From the NCBI GenBank assembly GCA_965242965.1, contig OZ251518.1, positions 3,232,001 to 3,296,000 of the forward strand: a stretch of 64,000 bases of DNA, in the 5' to 3' direction. Shown piece after piece: positions 37,901 to 47,792 of this stretch. The position numbers and the translations under genes are program-made. Position 1 is the first letter of the stretch. Each line of letters starts with the position of its first letter. Origin of the DNA: Candidatus Poribacteria bacterium. Its GTDB lineage: Bacteria; Poribacteria; WGA-4E; WGA-3G. A model generated the notes under the pieces. It did no database searches and had not been told where the DNA came from. It saw only the letters and a list, made by a program, of their open reading frames with translations.

Positions 37901-38275
37901 ATGCAGGATTATCCTTATCCAGAGTCCAAAGCGGTGCGGGGTATCGGCGGTAGCATTTTTCTGACGTTTATTACTTTCGGTATTTACATGCTCTATTGGC
38001 AGGGCAAGCAGATAGCGATGCTCAATGCGTGGTTGGGAAGAAAGGAGTTTTCCTTAAAGAGGTGGTTCTTCTTCTCGATGTTCACCATCGGCATCTACGC
38101 GCTCTTCCACGCGTATAAGACGGCGAGTGGCATCAACCAGGTTCGCGCGGACAACGGGCTGTGGGTAGATGCGAGTTTGCCGGCAGCCTGTATTTTGATG
38201 ACGATTTTTGGGTTCGGCATCTCTTCAATCGCAATCCAGCAAGGCTGGATTAACCGAATCTATAAGGGACTGTAA
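37901..38275 (+). CDS. DUF4234-like small membrane protein
   Basis: LTFITFGIYMLYW and FTIGIYALF duplicated motif, QQGWINRI end; RBS AAAGGAG. Confidence 0.7.
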   Translation: MQDYPYPESKAVRGIGGSIFLTFITFGIYMLYWQGKQIAMLNAWLGRKEFSLKRWFFFSMFTIGIYALFHAYKTASGINQVRADNGLWVDASLPAACILMTIFGFGISSIAIQQGWINRIYKGL

Positions 38276-38462
38276 TGCTGCGGCTTCACCCGCTCGTATG
38301 AACGCCCGCCGTATGGCTGGACAAGGTATGGAAAGCCTTGTAGTCCCAAATTACGTTAAGGCATCTCGTCTCTGCCGGGCAAAGTTGACTGATTTGCATC
38401 GGCAGCGATGGGTGCTATCTGAAAAATTGTAAGCGCGGCCTCGCGGTCGCGAAAGGAGAAAT

Positions 38463-39518
38463 ATGAAAACTTTTTGTGCTCTGAAGACATATCTTTTTTT
38501 GGCGTTGGCATTCTTGCCCTTCTGTGGGTGCGACTCTATCCAGGAGACTATCCTCTCTGATTTGCCAACCGAAGCGGATACCGCGCCGCTGCGCGTGACT
38601 GTCGTTTATCCGGGCGATTGCCTCGATGACAATTCTTACTGCGCTGGCATCCATAGCGGTGCCAAGCGCGCCGAAGCGGAACTCGGCATTCAACTCACCG
38701 AAGTCCTCGGAATGGACGGCGATGATTCTTTGTTAGATGCGCAATTGCGTGAAGCCGCGCAAAGTTCGGACATGGTGTTAACGGCGGGCTACCAAACCGG
38801 TGCGCCGCTCACGCGCGTGGCACCGGAATTTCCTGAAATGAAGTTCGCGATTGTCGACGTTGTGCTGGAGGAACCGAATGTCGTCTCTATCAACTATAAG
38901 GCAAACGAAGGCTCTTTCCTCGTCGGGGCTATTGCGGCGTTAAAATCGGAGTCAGGAAAAATCGGCTATATAGGCGGCGCGGATGTGCCGTTGTTGCACG
39001 GATTTGAGGCAGGCTACGTCGCAGGTGTCCAAGCAATCAATCCCGAAGCCGCGCTGTCGATAGAATACATCAGCCTGAATTCAGACGGATTTAGGCAGCC
39101 GGAAAAGGCGACAGAGTTAGCGTTAGCTCAATACGCAAACGGTGTTGATGTCATTTACGCTGTCGCCGGCGGTGCCGGGCTCGGCGTGATTGAAGCCGCC
39201 AAAAGTGCGGAAAAATATGTGATTTGGGTTGACTCCAACGGCAACCATCTCATCCCCGGATTCGTCTTGACGAGCATGGTAAAGCAGATTGGCGATTCGG
39301 TGTTTCAGGTGCTCCGTGAAGCCACCGAAGGCAATGTGACGATGGGCGTGCGATACCTCGGGCTTGCCGATGGCGGCGTTGACTATACCGTTGACGAACA
39401 CAACCAACCCGTGCTCTCTGACGAGATTTTAACCACCGTTGAAGGGTTAAAGGCGCAGATTGTTTCGGGGGAAATCGTCGTCCCTGACTCTGTCTCCCTT
39501 CCACGCACCACTGAATAG
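38463..39518 (+). CDS. BMP family ABC transporter substrate-binding lipoprotein (nucleoside-type)
   Basis: Lipobox-like FCGC; NEGSFLVGAIAA, KIGYIGG, GVDVIYAVAG, WVDS, VLTSMVK. Confidence 0.85.
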   Translation: MKTFCALKTYLFLALAFLPFCGCDSIQETILSDLPTEADTAPLRVTVVYPGDCLDDNSYCAGIHSGAKRAEAELGIQLTEVLGMDGDDSLLDAQLREAAQSSDMVLTAGYQTGAPLTRVAPEFPEMKFAIVDVVLEEPNVVSINYKANEGSFLVGAIAALKSESGKIGYIGGADVPLLHGFEAGYVAGVQAINPEAALSIEYISLNSDGFRQPEKATELALAQYANGVDVIYAVAGGAGLGVIEAAKSAEKYVIWVDSNGNHLIPGFVLTSMVKQIGDSVFQVLREATEGNVTMGVRYLGLADGGVDYTVDEHNQPVLSDEILTTVEGLKAQIVSGEIVVPDSVSLPRTTE

Positions 39519-39526
39519 TTCTGTGT

Positions 39527-39622
39527 CCGGGCGGATATAAAAACATCCGTCCGGATTCGAGACCGGGAGGTCTCTCCTACTGGGACATCGCGTCTGGGCG
39601 GATATAAAAACATCCGCCCGGA
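39527..39622. repeat. Two GGGCGGATATAAAAACATCCG(T/C)CCGG hairpins around a REP
   Basis: Direct repeats at about 39527-39554 and 39595-39622. Confidence 0.7.
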
Positions 39623-39681
39623 TGCCATTAATTTTCTTCGATTTTCTTCATCTTCATCAAATCTTGGCTACGGAAAAAACG

Positions 39682-40500
39682 ATGCTACACTACCCTCAGG
39701 AACATTGGTATACCCTCACGATAATGGGCATCCCCGCCGGTTATATCTACGCTGTCGTTGAGCAAGTGGATTATCGCGGAGCGGCAGCCATTCGGAGCCA
39801 AACCGAGTGGGTAGTCCGCTTTCAGGTGCCTGCGAACGTCAGTGCAGCAGGCGTGAACCGCGAAGTCACCCACACTGAATACACCGGTTTAGATTTAACC
39901 TTGCGCCACTCTGTCAAAACGGAGACGCGGAAAAACCTGTTTGAGGAGATAGAAGTGGACGTTGTGGATGGGGTTGCGCATGCCAAGCGCACCACATCGG
40001 ACAGGACATCTCGTGGGAGGGGCGGTTCCGCCAAAACCACTGCCACTGAAGTCGCTGTGCCGCCAACTCTTTTTTCGCTTTGCTTGCCAACCGGGATAAG
40101 CGAGTTGCTCAGCCAATATCCACTCGGTGTCGGTGAGAAACACGACTATCACATTTTTGATGTGAAGTCGTTTGTGCCTATTAGAACCGAGTTGCACTTT
40201 GTAGCGGAAGAAACCCGCGCCGATTTGGCGCAGGCAGGCCAGCTCCGTGTCTTTGATGTCGTGCAATCTGTTGCGAAGCGGAAGAAAAAACAGCACTCCT
40301 CACGCGTGTGGGTTGCCGCCGACGGTATCACGAGTCGGCTTGAGATGAATACGGGTATAAAAGGGGTTGTGATGCGTGGCAATAAGCGAACGGCACTGCG
40401 TTCAGCAGGCGTGAAAAAGCGCGTGCCTCTGCATCGCTTTAGTTCTGATGGTGAAAAGACGCGCGGCAAACGTCCGCATCGTCCTCGGAAACGTCGTTGA
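39682..40500 (+). CDS. Hypothetical protein resembling the N-terminal region of transglutaminase-domain proteins
   Basis: EHWYTLTIMGIPAGY start; no catalytic domain; basic C-terminus. Confidence 0.5.
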   Translation: MLHYPQEHWYTLTIMGIPAGYIYAVVEQVDYRGAAAIRSQTEWVVRFQVPANVSAAGVNREVTHTEYTGLDLTLRHSVKTETRKNLFEEIEVDVVDGVAHAKRTTSDRTSRGRGGSAKTTATEVAVPPTLFSLCLPTGISELLSQYPLGVGEKHDYHIFDVKSFVPIRTELHFVAEETRADLAQAGQLRVFDVVQSVAKRKKKQHSSRVWVAADGITSRLEMNTGIKGVVMRGNKRTALRSAGVKKRVPLHRFSSDGEKTRGKRPHRPRKRR

Positions 40501-40516
40501 GTTTAGGTTAATAACT

Positions 40517-40963
40517 GAGGGTGTTTCATAAATCGCTCAACGTCGCGGTGATAGGCCCCGCGCTACGGTGAAAAAAAACGCCACCCCTTCACGTAGGGCG
40601 AGGGCCTATCCCTCGCCATGCTGCGCTCTACCGGACATTCGCGGGGGAAACCCTCTCGGATGCGCGTATGGCATCCGAGGGGCCCCGCGCTACGGTAACG
40701 TGAGGTGTTCTTGGCAGCAGCACGGCCGCCTTCATCGTAAGGCGAGGGCCTGTCCCTCGCCGTGCACAGGTCTATCAAAAACCTCTTTTAGGTCCGTAGG
40801 ACCTGAATGTCTATAGAAAAACGTGCCGCACCCTATCAAGGTCCGTAGGACCTTAATAAGGTTTATAGTGTTGTTGCATCGAGACCGGGAGGTCTCTCCT
40901 ACGGTGAGCAATCGAGACCAGGAGGTCTCTCCTACCGGACACATCGAAATATGAAACACCCTG
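40517..40963. mobile_element. MITE-like TIR element carrying REP array
   Basis: GAGGGTGTTTCATA..TATGAAACACCCTG; 12-bp direct repeat AGGTTAATAACT. Confidence 0.85.
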
Positions 40964-40966
40964 AGG

Positions 40967-41962
40967 TTAATAACTCCGCAGGATAGTCCCGTTCGCGCCG
41001 ACGAGCCACCCTGCATTTTTGGCGAGATAGATGTCCTGCAAATTGTGTTGCGTCGGCGAAGGGTAACGGTTCCATGTCGTGCCGCCATCGGTAGTGTGCA
41101 AGATAAGTCCCTTCTCACCGACTGCCCACCCCGTCGTCTCATTGTGAAACGCCACATCGCGCAGGTGCTGTTTCAGGGGATTCTTTTGCCGATGCCACGC
41201 CTGGCCACCATCGGTAGTATGAAGAATCAACCCATTCGTTCCGACAATCCATCCGTGCTTTAGGGTTGCGAAATGGACAGCGAATAGCGGCTGCTCAACA
41301 CCACTTTGCTGTGGAATCCACTGCTTGCCGCGGTTTTTCGTCCAAAGCACCTCTCCCTCTTCGCCGACAATCCACCCGTGCTGGTTGTCAACGAAATGAA
41401 CTCCCCACAGGTGTTTTTCGGAGGGGCTCCGCTGATGTTCCCATCGGATGCCGCCGGTTTCCGTATGGAGAATCGTGCCTTTCCCACCGACTGCCCATCC
41501 CTCCGTTGTGCTGACGAAATGCAAATCGAGAAGCCCATGCTTTGTGTTTGCACCTTGTGCATTCCACGAAATGCCACCGCTACCGGTATAAAGCACCGTC
41601 CCAATGCTGGTAAGCCAGCCGTTGTTCGGCGTTGTGAAGTGCACCTGCGTCAGCGCGCTTTTTGCAATGGAGGTGGATGCCCAGTTCGTCCCACCGTCCT
41701 CGGTGGATAAGACAACGCCATCCGTGCCGACTGCCCATCCGCGATTCGCATCGACGAAGTGTACCCCATAGAGATGCGCTTCTGTACCGCTTGATAGTTG
41801 TTTCCACTCAAATTGCACCGCATCTTCGGAGCAACCGAGGAACGCGATGCTGCCGCATAAGATTATGAGTGCAAGTCGGAACGATTGCCTGAGTGCGACT
41901 TTCCTTTGAAAGCCGATTTTTAATGTCGCCATTTCGCTGTGCCTCCACAAATTGGGTTGCAT
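40967..41962 (-). CDS. YCF48/BNR-repeat beta-propeller lipoprotein
   Basis: Repeated LxxVHFV..GWAVG..G.ILHTTDGG.TW; lipobox FLGC. Confidence 0.85.
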   Translation of the reverse strand: MQPNLWRHSEMATLKIGFQRKVALRQSFRLALIILCGSIAFLGCSEDAVQFEWKQLSSGTEAHLYGVHFVDANRGWAVGTDGVVLSTEDGGTNWASTSIAKSALTQVHFTTPNNGWLTSIGTVLYTGSGGISWNAQGANTKHGLLDLHFVSTTEGWAVGGKGTILHTETGGIRWEHQRSPSEKHLWGVHFVDNQHGWIVGEEGEVLWTKNRGKQWIPQQSGVEQPLFAVHFATLKHGWIVGTNGLILHTTDGGQAWHRQKNPLKQHLRDVAFHNETTGWAVGEKGLILHTTDGGTTWNRYPSPTQHNLQDIYLAKNAGWLVGANGTILRSY

Positions 41963-41988
41963 TTGTTTCCGCTGTTATGATAAACTAT

Positions 41989-42017
41989 ATGATAACGGAA
42001 AGCCAATAAATTGTCAA
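41989..42017 (-). promoter_or_regulatory. sigma70 promoter for the YCF48-like gene
   Basis: TTGACA-17-TATCAT. Confidence 0.65.
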
Positions 42018-42026
42018 GCATTGTGT

Positions 42027-42055
42027 TTGACAAAGAACCTGTGAAAGGGTATAAT
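42027..42055 (+). promoter_or_regulatory. Consensus sigma70 promoter for kinase-murQ operon
   Basis: Perfect TTGACA-17-TATAAT. Confidence 0.8.
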
Positions 42056-42134
42056 GTTTTAACTACCGAACACTCGCGCTTGAAGATGAAGGGGATTATC
42101 CTGTTTTTGGATTGGAAAGCCTGACGCATAAATC

Positions 42135-43034
42135 ATGAACATCATCGGAATTGATGGCGGCGGAACGAAAACCGTCGGCATCCTAACCGCGGCAACCGGC
42201 GAACGTATCGCCCGCGCGGAAGCAGGGCCTTCAAATTATCACGTCGTCGGCGAAGAAGAGACGCAAGCGGTTTTGGCGAAGACCATCGCAACCCTTTTTG
42301 AGCAGGCTGATTTGCCGCCGACAAGCGATACTGCCTTTTGTTTGGGCATGGCGGGGTTAGGACGCGCCGAAGACCGGGGTGTCATCGGACGCATTTGTGA
42401 TGCGTTAGGGCTGGGCAAAAATCGCATCCTCACACACGATGCACACATTGCCCTCGTCGGCGGCATCGGAAAACCGGAGGGGATAATTATCATCTCCGGC
42501 ACCGGTTCTATCGTCTACGGCATCAACGCGCAAGGAAAAGAGGCACGCGCTGGCGGATGGGGATACCTCCTCGGTGATGAAGGGAGCGGCTACGACATCG
42601 CCTTGAAAGGACTCCAAGCCGTCACACGCGCCGCAGATGGCAGAACTGAGCCGACAGCATTAACAACTCTGGTTCTTGAAAAACTTGGCTTGGATGCCCC
42701 GAGTGAACTTATCCGTTGGACGCACGCGGCGAGCCGTGACGTTATCGCGCAACTCGCTGAAGTTGTCTTTCGTGCAGCAGAACGAGGAGACAGGCGCGCG
42801 AGACAGATTGTCACCACCGCTGCGGATGAACTTGCCCGCGCCGCATCGGTAGTCCTAGAGCGATTAGCATTCACCGAACCGCCACGCATCGTTCTCAGCG
42901 GCGGAAATCTGGTGCATCAACCGCTGTTTGTCGAAGAACTCCGCGGGCGGTTGACAGTACCCCTGATGCTCCCGAAACACGAACCTGCGGTAGGCGCGGT
43001 GTTATTGGCACAACATGATGACAGAACAGCGTAA
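42135..43034 (+). CDS. BadF/BadG/BcrA/BcrD-type amino-sugar kinase (GlcNAc/MurNAc kinase-like)
   Basis: IGIDGGGTKT, ISGTGS, RAGGWGYLLGDEGSG; adjacent to murQ. Confidence 0.85.
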   Translation: MNIIGIDGGGTKTVGILTAATGERIARAEAGPSNYHVVGEEETQAVLAKTIATLFEQADLPPTSDTAFCLGMAGLGRAEDRGVIGRICDALGLGKNRILTHDAHIALVGGIGKPEGIIIISGTGSIVYGINAQGKEARAGGWGYLLGDEGSGYDIALKGLQAVTRAADGRTEPTALTTLVLEKLGLDAPSELIRWTHAASRDVIAQLAEVVFRAAERGDRRARQIVTTAADELARAASVVLERLAFTEPPRIVLSGGNLVHQPLFVEELRGRLTVPLMLPKHEPAVGAVLLAQHDDRTA

Positions 43035-43905
43035 TCCAAACTCAACAGCCCTTGGCCTGAAGACAACGCGCGAAATCGTGCGAATCTTTAACGAGGAAGA
43101 CAGGAAAGCCGTCGCCGCTGTGGAGGCTGAAGCTGAAGCAATTGCACAAGCCGTTGAAATCGTCGTATCCGCTTTTCAGCAAGGCGGACGACTCTTTTAC
43201 ATCGGTGCAGGCACTAGCGGCCGGCTCGGCGTGCTAGATGCCTCAGAATGCCCACCGACTTTTAGCACAGACCCGGGGATGGTGCAGGGAATTATTGCGG
43301 GCGGCGATGTCGCCTTACGCCGCGCTGTCGAAGGCGAAGAGGATAAACCCGAACGCGGCGCAGCTGCCATCCGGGAACGGCAACTCACGCCGCGCGATGT
43401 CTTGATAGGTATCGCGAGTAGTGGACGGACACCTTATGTCCAGGGGGCTTTAAAGGAAGCGCGCGCCATCGGTGCAACGACGATATGCCTCTGCTGTGTC
43501 ACACCGCCTGACGAATGGAAGCCGTTTGTCAATCACTTCATCACGCCGATAGTGGGACCGGAAATTCTGACCGGCTCGACTCGGTTGAAGGCTGGCACCG
43601 CCACTAAACTTGTTTTGAACATGCTGACGACAATCGCGATGGTGAAAATCGGCAAAACCTACGATAACCTGATGGTAGATGTGCACGCCTCTAACTCCAA
43701 GTTGATAGACAGAAGCATCCGCATAGTTCAGGAGGTAACCGGTGTTAATGCCGCCCATGCCGAAGCCACTTTAGCGAAGGCAGATGGCAAAGCAAAAGTG
43801 GCGATTGTGATGTTGGTGAAAGGACTCAGCGCAACCGATGCCATTGCGTTATTGGAGAAACATGATGGGTTTCTGCGCTCTGTCATATCTGATTCACCGT
43901 TGTAG
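43015..43905 (+). CDS. murQ: N-acetylmuramic acid 6-phosphate etherase
   Basis: TEQRNP, GAGTSGRLGVLDASECPPTF, GSTRLKAGTATK. Confidence 0.95.
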   Translation: MMTEQRNPNSTALGLKTTREIVRIFNEEDRKAVAAVEAEAEAIAQAVEIVVSAFQQGGRLFYIGAGTSGRLGVLDASECPPTFSTDPGMVQGIIAGGDVALRRAVEGEEDKPERGAAAIRERQLTPRDVLIGIASSGRTPYVQGALKEARAIGATTICLCCVTPPDEWKPFVNHFITPIVGPEILTGSTRLKAGTATKLVLNMLTTIAMVKIGKTYDNLMVDVHASNSKLIDRSIRIVQEVTGVNAAHAEATLAKADGKAKVAIVMLVKGLSATDAIALLEKHDGFLRSVISDSPL

Positions 43906-44106
43906 TTTGAGATTGGGTATTTTTTCATGCCGAGAGCCCTTTAGCACGTAGCGCGGGGGCCTGTCCCCCGCGTTCGTGCATGGCGAGGGACAGGCCATCG
44001 CTTGCATCGAGACCGGGCGGTCTCTCCTACCCCCGCGTTCGTGCATGGCGAGGAACAGGCCCCGCCTTACAGACAAGCGGCTTCGGAGATATTAGGAGGA
44101 ACTCTG

Positions 44107-45057
44107 ATGAAAACCACAAAAGTCGGACTTGCCAAAACCGGCAGACGACGTTCTAACGTTTTTGAAGCGATGGACAGCATCCGAGAGGAACTCACGCCGA
44201 AAGTCCGTGAGCAGGTGCTGTTGAAACCGAACTTCCTCTCCAGCACGAATCAACTCGCCTCGTCGCATGTGGATGCGATGCGCGGCGCGTTGGACTTCTT
44301 GCTCAGTACACCGAACCCGCCAACCGAGGTCATCATCGCCGAGGGGGCCAATGAGAAGTTCTCCGGCGAAGCCTTCCAAGTTTTTGGCTACGAGGCACTG
44401 CAGGCGGAATACGATGTGCCTATCCGCCTCGTCGATTTGCATCAGGAGACTGAGTGGGAAGAAGCAGAAGTGTTGCTTGCGGGCCGTGAAACCGATACCG
44501 TCCGAATGCCGAAGTTGGTGCTGGATTGCCCCTGCACAATCTCTATCGCGATTGCCAAAACGCACGATGCTGGCGTAGTGACGCTCGCGATGAAAAACAT
44601 GATTATGGGCACGCTGCACAAGGCAGACCGGATTAAGATGCACGGATATCATAGCCACGCCGACCGGGTGCTACCGCTTGAAGCACAGACGCTCAATATG
44701 AATCTGCTTCGGCTGTCGCATCCCTTGCTGCCGGATATCGCTATCGTCGATGGCACGGTTGGGTTGCAAGGCAATGGCCCCGGCGGCACCGATTCTGTTC
44801 CCCTCGGCATCGCCGTTGCGAGTGCCGATGTATTCGCGGCGGACGCTGTCACGGCGAAAGCGATGGGGTTTGAACCGCTGGAAATCGGGCTGTTCCACTA
44901 CGCCAACGAAATGGGCTACGGCATCGCTGATCTGGACAAAATCGAGATAGTCGGACCGGCGGTGGACACCGTTGCCGAATCGTTTAAGCCGCACGAGACA
45001 GCGGAACTCCAATTCCAGTGGCACGAAGCGAATGCCGCCGAATATCTTAACCTATAA
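44107..45057 (+). CDS. DUF362 family protein
   Basis: VLLKPN, IAEG, KTH..VTLAMKN, IVDG..GNGP, AADAV; RBS AGGAGG. Confidence 0.8.
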   Translation: MKTTKVGLAKTGRRRSNVFEAMDSIREELTPKVREQVLLKPNFLSSTNQLASSHVDAMRGALDFLLSTPNPPTEVIIAEGANEKFSGEAFQVFGYEALQAEYDVPIRLVDLHQETEWEEAEVLLAGRETDTVRMPKLVLDCPCTISIAIAKTHDAGVVTLAMKNMIMGTLHKADRIKMHGYHSHADRVLPLEAQTLNMNLLRLSHPLLPDIAIVDGTVGLQGNGPGGTDSVPLGIAVASADVFAADAVTAKAMGFEPLEIGLFHYANEMGYGIADLDKIEIVGPAVDTVAESFKPHETAELQFQWHEANAAEYLNL

Positions 45058-45072
45058 GGACAAAGGAGACTT

Positions 45073-46008
45073 ATGAAACTTTTCCATCATAACCTAGGAC
45101 GAGAGGTTATCTCTCGCCACTCTCACACCGTAAGGCGAGTGCCTGTCTCTCGCCATATTCTCTGCCTATTCCTACTCACCTTTACTGCGCCAACGTGGGC
45201 ATGGTGGGGAGGTGGACACGAGACGCTCACGCGGGCATCCGTGAGAGCATTGCCGGAAGAGATACCCGAATTTTTCCGCGCAGCTTTCGCTGAGAACGCC
45301 ATCGCGCACGGTGCTTATGACCCGGACCTGGCGAGAAACCGGAGCACGCCGAATGCTCGCGCTGCAGAGTCCCCACAACACTATTTCGACGTGGAGCTAC
45401 TGCAAGGCAGACCTTTTGCTGATAACCTCGGCGCGCATATTCGGCTCTGTGATGAACTTGGAACCTCATACCACAGCGTCGGGACGCTGCCGTATGTGTT
45501 GGCGGAGTGGACAGAACGTCTCGCCATTGCTTTCCAGGAGCATCGAAAATGGCCGGACAATCCTATTATTCAGAGCAAATGCCTTGTCTATGCCGGGTTT
45601 GTTGCGCACTACGCGCAGGATATGTGTCAACCACTGCACCTGACAGTGCATTTCAACGGACGCGCGAAGCCCGACGGTTCATCCCCGGGCACAGGCATCC
45701 ATGAGAATGTGGACGCGCTAGTTGGACGGCTTAAACTAAAGGCTGACGATTTGGCGAAGGACCAGGAGATTCTGCCGGTTGAGGAGTTGCTTCCCGCGAT
45801 TTTTCAGCAGATTAAAGCCGGGCATCGCCTCGTGGATAGCGTCTATGACTTGGAAGAAGATCTGAAAAACTATCAGGAGCCAACGCCTGCGCTCGTCGAT
45901 TTTACGAATGAACGTGCGCGCGAGGCAGTGCGCTGGACCGCGGCACTTTATCTCACGGCGTGGCGAATGTCTAATGACATTTCGTTGCCGGGGTGGTTAA
46001 ATCGGTAA
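45073..46008 (+). CDS. Secreted S1/P1 nuclease / Zn-dependent phospholipase C-like protein
   Basis: Mature WWGGGH start, DPD, HYFD, HYAQDMCQPLH, GIHE. Confidence 0.8.
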   Translation: MKLFHHNLGREVISRHSHTVRRVPVSRHILCLFLLTFTAPTWAWWGGGHETLTRASVRALPEEIPEFFRAAFAENAIAHGAYDPDLARNRSTPNARAAESPQHYFDVELLQGRPFADNLGAHIRLCDELGTSYHSVGTLPYVLAEWTERLAIAFQEHRKWPDNPIIQSKCLVYAGFVAHYAQDMCQPLHLTVHFNGRAKPDGSSPGTGIHENVDALVGRLKLKADDLAKDQEILPVEELLPAIFQQIKAGHRLVDSVYDLEEDLKNYQEPTPALVDFTNERAREAVRWTAALYLTAWRMSNDISLPGWLNR

Positions 46009-46285
46009 CGAACCGTCGGGCCCCCGTAGGGCGAGGGCCTGTCCCTCGCCGTGCCACAGTCGAGACCAGGAGGTCTCTCCTACAAGGGAGATGCTCTGTC
46101 AGGTCTCCGTGCCACAGTCGAGACCGGGCGGTCTCTCCTACCGGGGAGATGCTTTGTCAGGCCGGCGTAGGGCGAGGGCCTGTCCCTCGCCATCGTCCGC
46201 GTAATCCAACGTTCGCGGGGGACAGGCCCCCGCGCTACGGGAACATCGAGACCGGGCGGTCTCTCCTACGGGGGCCACTCCTTTC

Positions 46286-47464
46286 TCACCCTTCTGCACG
46301 CAATATCTCTGCCGCCTCACGGATAACCTGCAGTTTCCGCGCCGCAATTTCTGTCGTGTTCACCGGGCGGTCTGCGAAAGTGCCGAAGCCGCAATCCGGA
46401 TTCAAATAAATCTGCTCCGGTTTCCGATGCTTGCGCAGCGCGCGGACCTTGGCTAACACAAAGTCAACCGATTCTACCTCCGTCGTGCGAGGATCTACCA
46501 CGCCGAGTCCAATCTCCTTATTTGCCGGCAATTCGCCGAGGACATCGATGCTCCCTGCACGTTCTGTCGCGTATTCCAACACGAACTGAGTTACGTTCAT
46601 GCGGCTAAAATAGGGGATGAGTGCATCATAGGAACCGCGCAGCAGCACCTCTTCTTCCTGACTCCAGTTGCCGCGGCAGACATGAAGCGCGGTCTTCACT
46701 TTTTTCTCGCTATTCTGATCCAATACGTCAACGACGCGATTGATTAACTGCACCGCGAAATCGAGTTCCTCTTCCGGACTGCTCTTTTCCGAAAGCGCGG
46801 CACACATAAAACTGTGCGTCTCATGCGGTCCCGTGAACGCAACCTCTGTCAAGACCGGCTCATCAAACTGAATGAATTGGCAGCCTGCCTCTTGCAGTGC
46901 CTTCACCTCTTCCCGCAGCACCGCGACGACATCTCTCCCAAGGGATTCCTTGTCGGGATAAATATGGGCGGAGAGCCGCTTTACCCACATCGAGCGGGTT
47001 AGGAGATAAGGACCGGGTAAGGTAACCTTAATTGGTTTTTTGGTGTGTTTCTTGAGAAACAAGAAATCTTTCAACGCGAACGGCTCGTTGCGCACCACGA
47101 GTCCATCGACTACCGGATTTTTCAGCGCAAACGCGGGGACATCCAGTGCGTTGAGGAGCTGTTCAAAAGCGGCTTTATCCTCAACGTAATCGAGCATTTC
47201 CGCCAGCGTCATCAGCCGGATGCCTTCAATGGAATCGGTGATGAAAGAATAGAAGTTATCGCGGCGTTGCTCACCGTCGCTGACGATGTCCACGCCGTTT
47301 TCCTCTTGGAGTTTCAGGCTTTCCAGCACCGCTGCATCAGCGATGCTATTAAATTCGGTTTCGGCGATGCGGCCTTTTTGCCTATTTCGCAATGCCCTCG
47401 CGACCTGCCGTGAGCGTGGCAAACTCCCGACGACGGTGACGGGGAATGCGGGTAGATTATTCAT
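46286..47464 (-). CDS. Cobalamin-independent methionine synthase II-like (single-barrel MetE family)
   Basis: VVGSLPR, SDGEQRR, IQFDEP, Zn ligands LHVCRGN, VLEYA, NPDCGF. Confidence 0.9.
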   Translation of the reverse strand: MNNLPAFPVTVVGSLPRSRQVARALRNRQKGRIAETEFNSIADAAVLESLKLQEENGVDIVSDGEQRRDNFYSFITDSIEGIRLMTLAEMLDYVEDKAAFEQLLNALDVPAFALKNPVVDGLVVRNEPFALKDFLFLKKHTKKPIKVTLPGPYLLTRSMWVKRLSAHIYPDKESLGRDVVAVLREEVKALQEAGCQFIQFDEPVLTEVAFTGPHETHSFMCAALSEKSSPEEELDFAVQLINRVVDVLDQNSEKKVKTALHVCRGNWSQEEEVLLRGSYDALIPYFSRMNVTQFVLEYATERAGSIDVLGELPANKEIGLGVVDPRTTEVESVDFVLAKVRALRKHRKPEQIYLNPDCGFGTFADRPVNTTEIAARKLQVIREAAEILRAEG

Positions 47465-47500
47465 TGTTTCTCCTCCTTCACTTCCATAGCGAACGTTAAT

Positions 47501-47792
47501 GAGGGTGTTTCATAATTCGATGCCTTCCCGGTAGGCGAGACCTCCTGGTCTCGATGTTCCCGTAGCGCGGGGGCCTGTCCCCCGCGAACGTTGGATTACG
47601 CGATCACTGGCGAGGGCCTGTCCCTCGCCCTACGATGAAGGATCCCCCCTGTAGGTAAGGATCGCCAGATCCTTACCCGTTCGAGATCTGGCGATCTCGA
47701 ACTACAGAGGTGGGCCCAATGCCTTTTTCTATCGGTATTCGCCTGTCCCCCAAGAGGGAATAAATACCGAAACAGAGTTATGAAACACCCTC
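47501..47792. mobile_element. MITE-like TIR element truncating the upstream nucleotidyltransferase
   Basis: 14-bp TIRs; 8-bp direct repeat ACGTTAAT. Confidence 0.85.

Noticed and set aside
38290-38450. Purine riboswitch upstream of the BMP lipoprotein
   Set aside because: Only CTCGTAT and TATGG fragments match; core TCTAC and CCGTAAA elements are missing
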